Shown in pieces: positions 1-13,269 of a stretch of 64,000 bases of DNA (its first letter is position 1; each line of letters opens with the position of its first letter). Source of the DNA: Octopus vulgaris. Lineage: Eukaryota. The notes beneath the pieces were generated by a model. The model was given only the letters and a program-made list of their open reading frames with translations, did not search any database and was not told the DNA's origin. Where the stretch lies: NCBI GenBank assembly GCA_951406725.2, contig OX597831.1, forward strand, positions 38,378,001-38,442,000. The letters run 5' to 3'. Made by a program: the position numbers and the translations under genes.

Positions 1-57
1 TTATATGTACGTGCATATGTATATATATATATATAGAGAGAGAGAAACAGACAAACG

Positions 58-114
<57 letters not shown>

Positions 115-1130
115 TTAGACAGACAGACAGACAGACAGGTAGAGATAGCAGTCAGACAAAGATATAGATAAATACACCAAGTTTTAAGATCGATGCCTTC
201 CAATATCTTCGATTGCATTATAGGCAACTCACGATGTTGGAATAATGGGATAGAAATCCTTTAATCCGGAATAACGCGGACCCTTTGTTACTGACGGTTC
301 AGGTTTGAGAAATTAATAATAATGATAGAGTAAGACTTGCTTGTATAAATTCTAAGTTCGTGGAGACATTAACCTCAGCAGCAGAGTATTGAAAACGCAG
401 TGAGCGAGAGACTACCTTACGTTGTGCTCATAAAAATGTAACAATGGATGTATAACAGGCATTATCACAAATACATCAATAGTTGAAGTAAAGCAATTCT
501 TTATGCTTGAAAAAAAAAAAAAAGCACGTCATTATATCACTTCAATCAGAGCACGTCAATATAGAAATCTAATACTAAACTACACAAGAGGATGAAATAT
601 GCAACTCACAGGAAGTCTTATTGAAGTTTCAGTTAACAATTGTCCAACAAATTGCAGCAAGATATTGGTTCCGATAATCGAATTATTTCAAATCATCACA
701 CTTGGGGGAAAAAAATTTATTCAGCAACCATTCATGAGAACACATCGCCTACATAAAACGTATCTGGAACTGATATATCCTTGTCTGGGAATGTTTGCTG
801 TCATATCATTTTTGCAAACAAGCTGATATCTGGTGGTGAATGTCTTTTTCTTTTGTTTGTCTGTTTTTTTTTGGTTGTTTTTTTTTTGCATGTATTAGAT
901 AAAAAAAAATTTTTTGTCTGTTTCTGCTTCTTAGTGAAAGTGAGTAATCATAATCACCCAGGAATTAACTGCAGAAAGAAATTTAATTTACGTGGGGTTT
1001 TTTTTTTATACCTTTCCATCATGTATTCTCGACTGAATGTCTGTAGCACGGTAGTGCAATACAAAGAACCATCTTTGAAAAAAATGAATAACATTAACAT
1101 ATGTTCGAGATAAAGTTATAGGTAATAAAA

Positions 1131-1280
1131 TGGTGGTAAGAAAGTTGGTACTCAAATACATGGTTCCGAGTTCGCTGTCAGTGCGTGGAAATTTCGGCAA
1201 GAGTTTTCTTCTATAGTTCAAGGTCAAACAAATGCTTGTGAGTGGATTTATTGGAGGGAAACTGAAAAAGGCCCGTTGTA
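1131..1280 (+). mobile_element. tRNA-derived SINE head (octopod family A), degraded
   Basis: gtggtaag...catggttccgagttcg (A/B-box-like) ...cttgtgagtggattt...gaaactgaaaaaggcccgttgta followed by (TG)n; homologous copies at 12350, 19581, 25670 and 42510. Confidence 0.75.
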
Positions 1281-1560
1281 TGTGTGTGTGTGTTTGTGTG
1301 TGTTTGTGTGTGTGCGTTTCTGTATGTGTTTCTCTTTATCGTTATGGTCGTTCCCCCCACTATGCCTTGCAAACGTACACACACACACAAGACAATGTTT
1401 CCTGAGGCTAAATAGCAGTATCATTCGTCCTAATCACCACTGCCACATTATGTTGGCAAATAATCCTCACTCCAGAGTACTGTTACTGAGTGTCTATCGT
1501 TCAGAGCTTTTAAGATAGTATATATATATGTGTGTATATATATATATATATGTATGTATG

Positions 1561-1615
<55 letters not shown>

Positions 1616-1622
1616 ATATATA

Positions 1623-1658
<36 letters not shown>

Positions 1659-1665
1659 TGTATGT

Positions 1666-2090
1666 ATATAAGGAATAATTAAAATTCAGTTGAATTAGGT
1701 ACTTAAATTGAGGCAGTACGTCAATCCGGTATTAGCCGCACAGCTCGAAGGTGAATAAAAAGCAAATAAGTAACAAGGATGTCCAGGTACTAGTGCGTTA
1801 CGGCTGTTTAAAGCGGCTCCATTTAATCGATCAACGTGAGCATTACATCAATTTGAAATACACCACCTTCCTTGGTTGAAAAATACCATATGGGTTTTGA
1901 ACATACAGGATACTCTATTATATTTTTTTTAACAAATTTTTATCAGAAATAGAGAATAAAATTATTACAAGATTGTTGCTATTATTGTAGCAAAATGAAC
2001 TTAGGGAAAAAATAACCCAACTATAATTTGAAGTAGCAAAAGAATAACAATGGAGGTCACGTGATGGTAATATACCTACGTTTATCTTAC
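1666..2090 (-). mobile_element. Left arm of a diverged inverted repeat; Penelope-like pLTR-type segment with decayed HHR
   Basis: Reverse complement aligns with 4360-4725 (e.g. gccgcacagctcgaaggtgaa / ttcaccttcgagctgtgcgg; aacaaggatgtcca / tggacatccttgtt). Confidence 0.65.
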
Positions 2091-2580
2091 TCGTTATGAC
2101 AATCAGAAGATCTAATACGGTTAGAATTCTACATCCACTAGAGAAATAAAACCACTGGGAATTGACGGTTAAGTTCTAACTGCTGGTAAATCAATTAATG
2201 TCAGATACTCTTCCCTACACATATTTTGCAGTGGCAATAAATTCGCTATCTGTACATAGAGGAACATTTCTCAGACGATGCCAATAAGATTATGTCAAGA
2301 AAGAGGGTGGTTAGGTGTGACACAGATTATTTTACTATTATCATTTTGAAGGAGCCTAAAATAGAAAACAATGCAGGTCACAATGACATCTAAATAAGCA
2401 TTTAGTGTACAGGGGAAAAATTATATCCAAATTTAGTTAAACTTATATATTTCTATGTTTTGTATAATAAATAATAAATTTCTTTAAATTTAGAAGGTGA
2501 TTTAAGGACCAAGTAAGAGAAAAAGGATATATAAAGCAATTTAAGCCCTAAAAATGTAGACTATTATATAAAACAGAAAA

Positions 2581-3156
2581 GGCGTCGATCTGACAGAATC
2601 ATTAACATGCCGGGAGAAATGCGTAGCGGTATTTCGTCTGCCGTTACGTTGTGAGTTCAAATTCCGCCGAGGTCGACTTTGCCTTTCATCCTTTCGGGGT
2701 CGATAAATTAAGTACCAGTTACGCACTGGGGTCGATGTAATCGATTTAATACCTATGTCTGTCCTTGTTTGTCCCCTCTGTGTTTAGCCCCTTGTGGGTA
2801 ATAAAGAAATAGGTATTTCGTCTGCCATTACGTTCTGAGTTCAAATTCCGCCGAGGTCGACTTTGCCTTTTATCCTTTTGGGGTCGATAAATTAAGTACC
2901 AGTTACGCACTGGGGTCGATGTAATCGACTTAATACCTATGTCTGTCCTTGTTTGTTCCCTCTATGTTTAGCCCCTTGTCGGTAATAAAGAAATAGGTAT
3001 TTCGTCTGCCGCTACGTTCTGTGTTCAAATTCCGCCGAGGTCGATTTTTGCCTTTCATCCTTTCAGGGTCGATAAATTAACTACCAGTTGAGTATTATGG
3101 TCGATATAATTGACTACACCCTCCCCAAATTTCAGGTTTTGTGCCTATAGTAGAAA
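2581..3156 (+). mobile_element. Nin/Deu-domain tRNA-derived SINE, tandem trimer (184-bp period)
   Basis: Core gaggtcgactttgcctttcatcctttcggggtcgataaattaagtaccag occurs three times; units restart at ggtatttcgtctg (2628, 2812, 2996). Confidence 0.9.
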
Positions 3157-3410
3157 CCTCATAATGCTTCATCTTAGCAAATCATTCAACATTGAACCCA
3201 TAATTAAATTCAGATTTCATCAGAGAAAGAGGTACACATATTCTATTGACTGAAAACCAGCGATTAAAGGCAGAAAAAGGATATAATTAGTTCTATAAGA
3301 GATAAAATTATTTAAAAAAACACTTTCGGAAAATATAATTACATGGAAATATTAAAAATATTCGAACATTAATAAAAAATCTTGAAGGATATAAGGAAGT
3401 ATCAAAAGAT

Positions 3411-3479
<69 letters not shown>

Positions 3480-4359
3480 GGCGACTTATTCGTGATCACA
3501 GTTGTTCGAAAACCGAGGTACTTACTCTATGTGTATCTATAAAGTAAGTATATAATGTAAATACAAATGAATAAAAAAAATAATATAATTACCATATTGT
3601 ACTATATTATACAACGATTAACTGTAGAGAGAAGTCACAACGTGCCCGCCAATCATCAAATGCACCCTAGTATATACGAGGGTAAATATGTATAGAAAAT
3701 ATGTAAATACATATACGAGGGTAAATATGTATAGAAAATAGACAATAATATAATATATAATATAATATAATATAATATAATATAATATAATATAATATAA
3801 TATAAGAGAATAAATAAAATACACCGAAAAATAAGATGAAGAAATATGTATATGTATATAAAATGTCAATATGGTATCTATCAAATGAAAAATAGACATA
3901 AGGTTAAATTTTTTTCATTTCAGAAGCCTTAACTTACTGGATATAAAAAGAGATAAAGGATAAAGAATAAAAATAGAAATATGAAATAAGAAAAAATAAT
4001 AATAAATCGATAAATCATAAGGACAGGTCGAGGTATTCTTAACAAAAGCAAATAAAAAAATAAAAAATGTAAAATGAGGATACCACACGATGTGGTTTAT
4101 AAAATATGATGTAATATTAAACGATCTGATGCACGTAGAATCATAGAGTCCCAAGTGGGAAAAGAGTATACCTAAGGGAGGTGTAAAATTTGATAATTCA
4201 TTATAAATATACCTATAATGACTGATAGGGAAGAACGTCTTGGAACCGAAGGGAAAACAATGTAATTACCGTATAGGATGAATTCAGACTAAACTGGCAG
4301 GGGTTAAGAGGGAAATATTATATACAATATACAATTTACTACACTAGTAGGTATGTTAT

Positions 4360-4725
4360 AAAAGATAGATGAAGCTATATTACCATCTCTTGAACCCCGT
4401 TATTATTCACTCCTGCCACTCCAAATTATAGTTGCGGTAGTTTCTCCCTAAGTTCACCCTCTTACAATGATAGCAACAATGAAGCAATTGATGAAGTATC
4501 CTGTATGTTGAAAACCTATCTGGTCTTTTGCAACCGAGGACGGCGGTGCATTTCAAACTGATGTAATGCTCGCTATGATCAATTAAATGGAGCTGCATGA
4601 AACGGCCGTAATGCACTTATACATGGACATCCTTGTTATTTATTTGCTTTTTTTCACCTTCGAGCTGTGCGGATAATACCGGACTGACTTGCTGCCTCAA
4701 CTGAATCTTAATTATTCCTTATATA
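4360..4725 (+). mobile_element. Right arm of the inverted repeat; carries an HHR-like motif at 4546-4616
   Basis: gtgcat-ttcaaa-CTGATGTA-atgc...gcat-GAAAC-ggcc-GTA-atgcac; stem I gtgcat/atgcac, palindromic stem III ACGGCCGT. Confidence 0.6.
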
Positions 4726-4782
4726 CATATACATACATACATACATACATATATGCATACATACATACACAAACACACACAC

Positions 4783-4852
<70 letters not shown>

Positions 4853-4881
4853 ATCAAAATAAACACATGACAAGGATCCGA

Positions 4882-4937
<56 letters not shown>

Positions 4938-5289
4938 TATTTCTAAATCTCTGAACGATTGACATTCAGTAACAGTACTCTGTACTTTGTAAAATGTCTG
5001 ACTATCTTTCGTATACAAATTGATATATTCCCATTAGACTGTATTGTTTAAGTATTCTTTTCTTGTGATAATTTTCTATTAACGAAGTTGAGCCATGTTA
5101 TATTTATGTGTCTTCGTGATGAACAGCATTCAGTGACATTGTCACGATACCGACAATTGTTATCTTTCTTTATGTAATATCGTAGCCACTCGGCATTCAC
5201 ACATTTGGTTGTTGACATTGTAAAATAAAAATATTTAATGAAGATGTTATATATTCGTGTCATTCATAAAGATCAGTTTCGTAGCAAAT

Positions 5290-5480
5290 CCTTTCTAAAA
5301 TGAGCACAAGATTCCGAAACTTTCGGAGAGGGGTCTAGTCCATTCCACTGCTCAAGTGTTACTTATTTCATAAACCTCAAAATGATGGAAGACCAAGTCG
5401 GATTTGAACCCTGAATCTAAAGACGGGCGATCTATCGCAAAGCAATTCGTCTAGCGTGTTACCAATTCTGCCAGCTTGAC
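5290..5480 (-). mobile_element. Degraded Nin-domain SINE
   Basis: aagtcggatttgaacc...ctagcgtgttaccaattctgccagct matches the reverse complement of the SINE head. Confidence 0.6.
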
Positions 5481-5993
5481 TGTATAATTGATATTAGAAT
5501 AATATACTGTATTTACTATATTTGATAGTGGCAAAATTGCTTTAAAATTTGAAAGCAACAGACACTCACACACACACATACACACACATATACCCTTATA
5601 TTTATAAATATATATATATATATGTATGTATGTATGTATGTATATTCCATTTGTGACACATTAGTCATAAATAGAACCTACTCTGGTAAGCATATAGAGA
5701 AATACATGAAGACGTTAACACATCTATATTTGTTTAGTCATACTGTATCGGAAAGCGGATATCTATTTTTAAGAAGCGAAGGTGTATATTTTTATGTGGC
5801 TGTTTACATCTAGCCACCCGTGATCCATGTGTAGGCTGTCTCTTTAAATGAAAGTCGATTATGTGATTGGCATAAATTTTCACAGATCAACCTATGGATA
5901 CAGATATATAATCAGTCAAAATCTAATATAGGAAAACGATGACTTTAAACCATAAATATACACTCCAGTATAAACGTTTTTTCCTGCAGTTGC

Positions 5994-5995
5994 AA

Positions 5996-6056
<61 letters not shown>

Positions 6057-6108
6057 TGTAGTAGTAGTGGTAGCAGCAGCAGCAGCAGCAGCAGTAGCAG
6101 TAGCAGCA
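5994..6108. repeat. (TAG)n/(CAG)n compound microsatellite
   Basis: Directly visible. Confidence 0.95.
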
Positions 6109-7329
6109 GTTGATATACTTCATACTCGATTCGATTATCACGTGGCTTTCCTTCTAAAACGCGGCAGAGTATGATTTCAGGTAGACTTGCTGCCACTTTT
6201 AGCTCGCAGAATGTTCCCTGTTTTTAGTCATTTTAGCAATTTCTCTTGCCTTATCAGTAGATACAATCTAACTCTGCTTTATGAACATATTATCGCAATA
6301 TAATTTTAATTAATATCAGAACCGATATAGAAGAACTCTAAACTCCAACGAATCCTCATATCTACCATTATCAAACAAAAATCCCCCAATGTCATTCCTG
6401 GAAATAGAAATGGTTTTAAAATCAGCGAAGTACATTTGGAACAAATTTGACAATAATTTCGCATTTCTAACAGTTTTACATTCGAAATAACACTTTGATC
6501 ATATTTAATATATGGTTAATGGCCTGCGTATGTTGAATGAATGTGTTGGATTTTCTGATGATTACAATCATGAATACTTTATGCATTTCATGCCAGACAA
6601 CAGGCGTTAAGAGAATAAAATATGTCTAATTGATATTCATAGACATATATAAGGGATATGTCTCATGTTGTTCACCAGAGTGCATCACTGGGAAAATCAG
6701 CATCAAAAACAGAGAATTCGTTTTGATGTTATATTTACATTGATTATAATAGTTATCATAAATTTGGATGCATTTTACTGACTGATGATTCCCATTGAAA
6801 CTCGAAAGAATTATAAATAGCAGATAAATATGAAATGCAGCCATTTTATTTGCGTGTATGACATCTTTTGTAGTTCATCGAAAATCGACTATTTCATATT
6901 TATTTATAATAGAGTAAATTATACACTGATTTATTTATATGAATTTTAGATAAGTAATGATACAGAACATCTTGAATTATCGCTAGCCTTTTCAGATGCA
7001 GTTGAATAATTTTAAGTACCGCTTCAGAATTAAATAATTACGCCGATATTGTGGAAATATGTGAAGAGGATAAAATTTTGTTTCGAAATTTGTACACGTC
7101 CAGCAATTTTGAGTGGTGGATATTTGTCGATTTGATCGAGCCTAATTCTTATTTCATTGGTATTTCATCGACACTGAAAGAAAAAAGTCAAAGTTGGCCT
7201 CGTTAGCATTCGAATTCGGGTGATAAGAAGTTGGTAGAAATGCCGTCACACATTTGGCCGCAGTGCAGGCTGGCCGCTTCGATGGAATGTTATCGGGAAA
7301 CTAATATTACGATAACTGGAACTAAATAT

Positions 7330-7733
7330 CTTTTCTACTCCAGACACAAGATCCGAAATTGTTTTGATGGAGGAGGGGGGGCCAGTCGATTAAATCGACC
7401 CAGTAGGCAAGTGATACTTGATTTATCCACTCAAAAAGGATGAAAGACAACGTCAACCTCGCCGGAATTTGTACTCAGAACGTAAAGACAGACGAAATAG
7501 CTATTTCTTTTCTACCCACAGGGGGCTAAACACAGAGAGGAAAACAGGGACAGACAAACGGATTAAGTCGATTACATCGACCCCAGTGCGTAATTGGTAC
7601 TTAATTTATCAACCCCGAAGGGATGAAAGGCAAAGTCGACCTCGGCGGAATTTGAACGCCGAACTTAGCGGCAGACGAAATACCTCTAAGCATTTCGCCT
7701 GGCGCGCTAACGTTTCTGCCAGCTCGTCGCCTT
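7330..7733 (-). mobile_element. Nin-domain SINE dimer with 14-bp TSD
   Basis: Full head ...tctgccagctcgtcgcc; flanked by ctggaactaaatat (7316-7329) and ctgaaactaaatat (7734-7747). Confidence 0.9.
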
Positions 7734-8763
7734 CTGAAACTAAATATTACACAAGGTAACCTCAGAATTCGGTTTGGTTGTCAACCACATACATCTATTT
7801 TCTTAATGAAAAGAGCAAAATACATCCATATAAAAATTTTTTAATCATTTCTCCTTAATTTTCATAATATTTTCATTGTAGGCTCAAAGACTGATCAATG
7901 TGTATCGTTCGTTGTGGTTTAATAAAATATACACCGGTCAGATACTGAGCTCACTTATATGAAATACATGCTTTATTTAAATCAATAGCATTATTTCTTT
8001 TTCACAAATAGCTAACATTATTGATCCATTACGAAAGTTACAAAGAATTCTCATCTAACGAAACCAAAACAAACTAACTCCAAATTGTTTGTACTTCGTT
8101 CAGTCTCCCTTATGAAATCAGTGTTGGAAAAGTTAACTGAAACACGCCTCTGTGTTTGCATGAAAATCCGCTCGTATGAAAATAAAGTATTCGATGCATG
8201 AAAGATGTACAGGCATAGACGAGAAAACAAGTTTTAATGCGTTAAACCATGGAATATTGGCCTAAATTTAGAATATATTGGAGAAAATATATTGTCTTAT
8301 ACGTTATCAAATACTGTATATAGAATGTCTCATTCACATAAACCATGGACAGTTGCATAAGACCAAAGTATATTGATTAATGTACAGAAGACGATTTGCT
8401 TTTTACTGAATTAAAATAAAATTACCGTTGCAAACAAATATTAGGTAGAACAGAATTATAAAGTCAAGGAGAATTATTTCCATCATTAAATTAAAATTAA
8501 TTCTTTTTTCTGTTTGGTTATTTTGATTACAATAATTGTTGATAATAGAACATCATTTCTTTAAATACATGACATGAATTGGTATGTCGAGACAATATTT
8601 TCGTGGTGCTTAGTTGTAAGTTTATTATACGTCATACTGCAATTCTTACACTGATAGACTGTCCATAATTTCCAAATATATATATATATGTATGTATGTA
8701 TGTATGTATATATATATATATATATACATATATGTGTGTATGTAGGTCGGTAGATAGATATAC

Positions 8764-8832
<69 letters not shown>

Positions 8833-9464
8833 CATACGCGAATATACGTGCGCGTGTGTGTGCATGTGTTTGTGTGTAATCTGAAATGTGTACTTCAGAT
8901 AAGTAAAATATTTTTCAACAATAATATATTGACATATTTTATATCATTATTTTCGTTTATTTTCTATTTAGCCTTTTTAATGGCAGGATGACAATGCCTT
9001 TTCTTTAAATACCTCCAATTTCAACTAAGTGAAAACTGTTTTATACATGCTAAAACCTCGAAGTGGAATATGAAAATATATATATACTAAAAACCAAAGT
9101 AAACAATATCCACAAGTAGTAAATACGTGAATTGAAATCCTCTGTCAACAGTAAATTCAAGAACATAACAAATAACAGAAATTTATCTCTTGAAAAATAA
9201 TAATTTAAGAACAAATTCGTATAATAAATAAGGAATTTTGAGATTTACTTTTCCAGATGTAGATTTTTTATAATTCAGATAGATTTCCGTTTGTTTTGTG
9301 ATTTTATTTCCCTATTTTTATAGGCAAAAATTGCTCTAATCTGACAGAAATTTATTTAGATCTTGCAATAGAGAATTCGTTCTATATAACAATCGCAGAA
9401 GGTAGGAGGAAAGATCTATAATTATGTGTCTGAGTTTATTTGTGTGTGTTTGTCTTAGTGAATA

Positions 9465-9519
<55 letters not shown>

Positions 9520-10138
9520 AATACACACACACAGAAACAGACACTTACATACACATATAGATTAATATCAAAGATACATAGAAACAGATATATATATAGA
9601 TAAATATATATTTATGTATGCATAAATTCATGCATACAAACACACACACACACACATATATATAAATATGTGCGTGCGTGTGTACTTATGTGTATGTACT
9701 TATGAATACATGCATATACTCACACATATATACGTACACGTATACGTATATATATATATATATATATATATATAGCGAGTGAGAGAGAGAGAGTAAGAAA
9801 GAGACCTATTGTTGATTGTGATATCTATAGATATGATGAGCAATGTATATCTGTTGATATGTTGTGTGTCACACTGTGTATACCTTCTGAGCTTTACGTT
9901 GATAAGATTCTATGCACTTGTGGCTTTAGAGAGGGAGCGAAATTGTGCGATTGTTAAAGAAAAAATAATAAACTCAGGCTAAATAGCATTATCTGTTCGT
10001 ATTTTTATATCTCTTCTCACGGACGAAATAAAGAATTAAATTCTTCTTAGTATGTACTTAATTCCACAATTCTGTTTCATTTCCAAAATCCTGTACAGAT
10101 CTTTCCAAAATCATGACATTACTAACAACTCTCATATA

Positions 10139-10468
10139 TCAGGTCATCCCATAAGTTCTGTTCGATTTTACTGTTTTTAAAAATTGAATGAAATTTAATT
10201 GTATTTTAGAATGTCTAATGGAATTTTAAATTATTTTTATGCATTTATGTACATTTAAACTAATTAAATATTATTTTACAGAATAATCGAATTAAAATTT
10301 CTTTGATTAAAGCCCTTTCTAACATGGAAGCATCCAAAGAGCATTTGAGGCACAAAATGCTTTATGAGTACAAAAAATGAAACTGTGCAGCCGAAGTGAC
10401 TCAGTTTATGGGAAAGAACGCTTGAACGAAAGAACTTGCAAAAGTTGGTTTGCCGAAAACTGAAAGAC
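10139..10468 (+). mobile_element. Mariner 5' fragment (TIR plus N-terminal HTH pseudogene)
   Basis: TA-tcaggtcatcccataagttctg TIR-like end; from 10324 MEASKEHLRHKMLYEYKK*NCAAEV..VYGKERLNERTC..WFA, typical of the mariner N-terminal HTH. Confidence 0.75.
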
Positions 10469-10593
10469 ATAAACACCAGGGCACATATACATACGCACAT
10501 ATATATATATATATCATCATATATATGTTATATGTAGTTTATATAATATATATAATATACATACATGTATGAATACATATATATATACATATA

Positions 10594-10641
<48 letters not shown>

Positions 10642-10663
10642 TTTATATACATATATACATATA

Positions 10664-10720
<57 letters not shown>

Positions 10721-10722
<2 letters not shown>

Positions 10723-11346
10723 TGTTATATTTCGGAATGGTCATTTAGCCAGTTTAGCCAATAAAAACACAGGCACTATATATTTGGTGTTATTTTGCTT
10801 CAGTGTTATTTATTTTTTACATTAATCTTAATCTTTTTTTTTATTAAATTTTTTTTATTTATCTATTTATTTTTTTTCGATTCGATTTATTATTATTATT
10901 ACTAGTATTGTTGTTATACATACAAGCATATGCTAATAATAAGTGGATGTAAACACATGAACAAAATAAGAATAAACAAAAACAACAAAAACAAAATACA
11001 AATTACATGAACATATATAAACAGAAGATACAAATATTACAGGCATCCCCCCACATACACACACTAAATAAACATAAACGCACATAGAGATATAAGCATG
11101 CGCAAATGAAGACATACAATAGAAATACAAAATGGCTGACGGTTAGTAAGGAGAGACACAAATAAGAAAGAAGATAACAAAGGACCACTGATGCGGTCAC
11201 AGGAGTGTGACGAATGAACTCTGGCCGAAATAAGATTAAGATTAATGTAAAAAATAAATAACACTGAAGCAAAATAACACCAAATATATAGTGCGTGCGT
11301 TTTTATTGGCTAAACTGGCAAAATGACCATTCCGAAATGTAACAAT
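10721..11346. mobile_element. About 630-bp element bounded by 115-bp inverted repeats; internal HHR-like motif
   Basis: 10721-10835 is the near-exact reverse complement of 11232-11346; accaCTGATGC-ggtca...tggcc-GAAAT at 11184-11231 abuts the right arm. Confidence 0.75.
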
Positions 11347-11411
11347 ATCTGTTTCAACACACGACTTCACATAAAAAATCTTGCACAACAAATATTTAAA
11401 CGTATATATAT

Positions 11412-12337
11412 ACAACTCAACTCCAGTCTGATCTATATGCTGTGAGTCAATGGGCAGACAGAAACAAAATGCAACTGAATGAGGGAAGATTTGATCTGAT
11501 GCATTTTGGAAGAAATTCCTCCCTAAAACAACCATACTCTCTTCCTTCAAGGGAACCGCTCACAGCCTCTAACAATATCGGAGACCTGGGTGTAATTGTT
11601 GATGACGATCTCACTTGGAGTGCACACATCAACAAGAAGGTCGATGTAGCTCGTAGGATGAGTTCCTGGATCTTAAGAACTTTCCGTTCCAGAGAACAAG
11701 GTGTCATCATACCACTTTTTTCCTCCTTTGTACGGCTACACCTTGAATACTGCTGCCCACTGTGGTCTCCCCATACAAGACAAAACATCTCCAGAATTGA
11801 GTCACTCCAGAGGGCACTCACTAAACGAATTGAAAGCATGGCTGCTCTCGATTATTGGGATCGCCTTAAAGCCATGAAACTTTACTCCCTCCAGCGTCGC
11901 CGTGAGCGGTACATCATTTGTACGATGTGGAGAATATACCGCCAACTTTGCCCAAACGACCTTAACATTGGCTTCAAGGTTCATCCAAGACTGGGACTAC
12001 GGGCCATACGTCCCCTGCCCAATTCAAGATCACAACATACATGTACACTGCAACATAATTTCTTTTCCTGAAAAGGCCCTGCCCTATTTAACATTGTCTC
12101 GAGGGAGATCAAAGAGGAAAAGGATCCCATCAACTTTAAACGGAGTCTGGATATATTCCTTCAAAGAATACCAGATAAGCCACCCATAATTGGATACAAC
12201 TCACCCAACAAGAACTCACTACTTGAACAAAACTTGACTTAAACAGGATTCGAATAATCCTATCAGGTAGTGCTATTAAGTTAGACATGGCTCGGACCAA
12301 TCTTTGGTCGAAACATATCTAAGTTTATCTAAGTTTA
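11412..12337 (+). mobile_element. CR1-group LINE, 5'-truncated (RT C-terminus, 3' UTR and tandem tail)
   Basis: ORF 11442-12071: WADRNKMQLN..DLGVIVDDDLTWSAHI..FVRLHLEYCCPLWSPH..IESLQR..LYSLQRRRER; continues frameshifted; ends in (atctaagttt)2. Confidence 0.9.
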
Positions 12338-12349
12338 TATAATTATATA

Positions 12350-12508
12350 TATGACGGGCTTCCGTACAGTTTTAGTATATCGAATCTACTCACATGGCTT
12401 TGACCGGCATGGGGCAATAGTAGCAGGCAGTCGCGCAATTTGCCATGCAGTGGGACTGAATTTCATACCTTGTGGTTGTGAAGCAAACTTCTTACTACAT
12501 AGCCATGG
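12350..12508 (-). mobile_element. tRNA-derived SINE head (family A)
   Basis: gacgggcttccgtacagttt...gcagtgggactgaa...cttcttactacatagccatg. Confidence 0.75.
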
Positions 12509-12789
12509 CAACAAAATGAAATAGTCTCTAAAGTTAGATGCACAATATTTCCCCTACTTCCAAAAATATGAAAGAAATCCAACCATACATGTATCTGTAT
12601 ATAAACTTCCTCAGCAATTACCGCCTCCACAACTACGAACATCACCACCAGCACTCCGCCATTGTAACATTTTCCGTTTGAGTTGGAAAGTCCCATAAAA
12701 TCTTAAACTTCTCCAACTCCAATCCTCTTTCGAATCGATGATAGTACAATGTGTTTCCAGCTTCAAATCCCCGTTTCTGACACACTTTC

Positions 12790-13105
12790 CAAACTTTTAC
12801 AACCTGGTTCTGCCTTCATTTCTTATATTCTTCTTGGGGCAACTTGGGGCATTCTGTCACAATGGGTGCCAGTGTCTCGTTTCAAGTTCCACAAGCACTA
12901 CATTTTTCTGTCACATTCTCTCCATAAATATTTTTCTCAAATTGTTTTTATCGTTGGATTTTGTTCCACATACGTCTTCAATGGTCCTCCAAAATTTGCC
13001 ATACATAGGTTTCTCTTTGATCTGCCTGATGTGTTATTTTTGTGTTTCAATTTTGTCCTTTTTTCCTATTTTGCGCTTCACCACCTATGCGTCATTCGCT
13101 GTCTC
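12790..13105 (-). mobile_element. R4/Dong-type non-LTR fragment (CCHC region)
   Basis: Minus strand gives C.ACG..ETLAPIVTECPKLPQEEYK, the zinc-knuckle region upstream of the RLE domain. Confidence 0.6.
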
Positions 13106-13111
13106 TAGTTG

Positions 13112-13154
<43 letters not shown>

Positions 13155-13269
13155 CATCCTCATCCTCATCATCATCATCATCTTTGCCATTATTATTGTG
13201 TTAAAACTCACAGCTTTTTTTTTTTTTTGGTGTGTATGATGGAAAGAGTCAGCTGCCTACAGCCAGCAG

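Noticed and set aside
2581-3156. Regularly spaced repeats as a CRISPR-like array
   Set aside because: The whole 184-bp unit repeats with no unique spacers; it is a SINE concatemer in eukaryotic DNA.
3308-3415. SFDTSLYP as a Penelope RT motif (cf. FDVxSLYT)
   Set aside because: A single short, gapped motif in AT-rich sequence with no further RT motifs recognisable.
6782-6810. CTGATGA...GAAAC hammerhead candidate
   Set aside because: The intervening ttcccatt cannot form stem II and there is no stem III/GUH.
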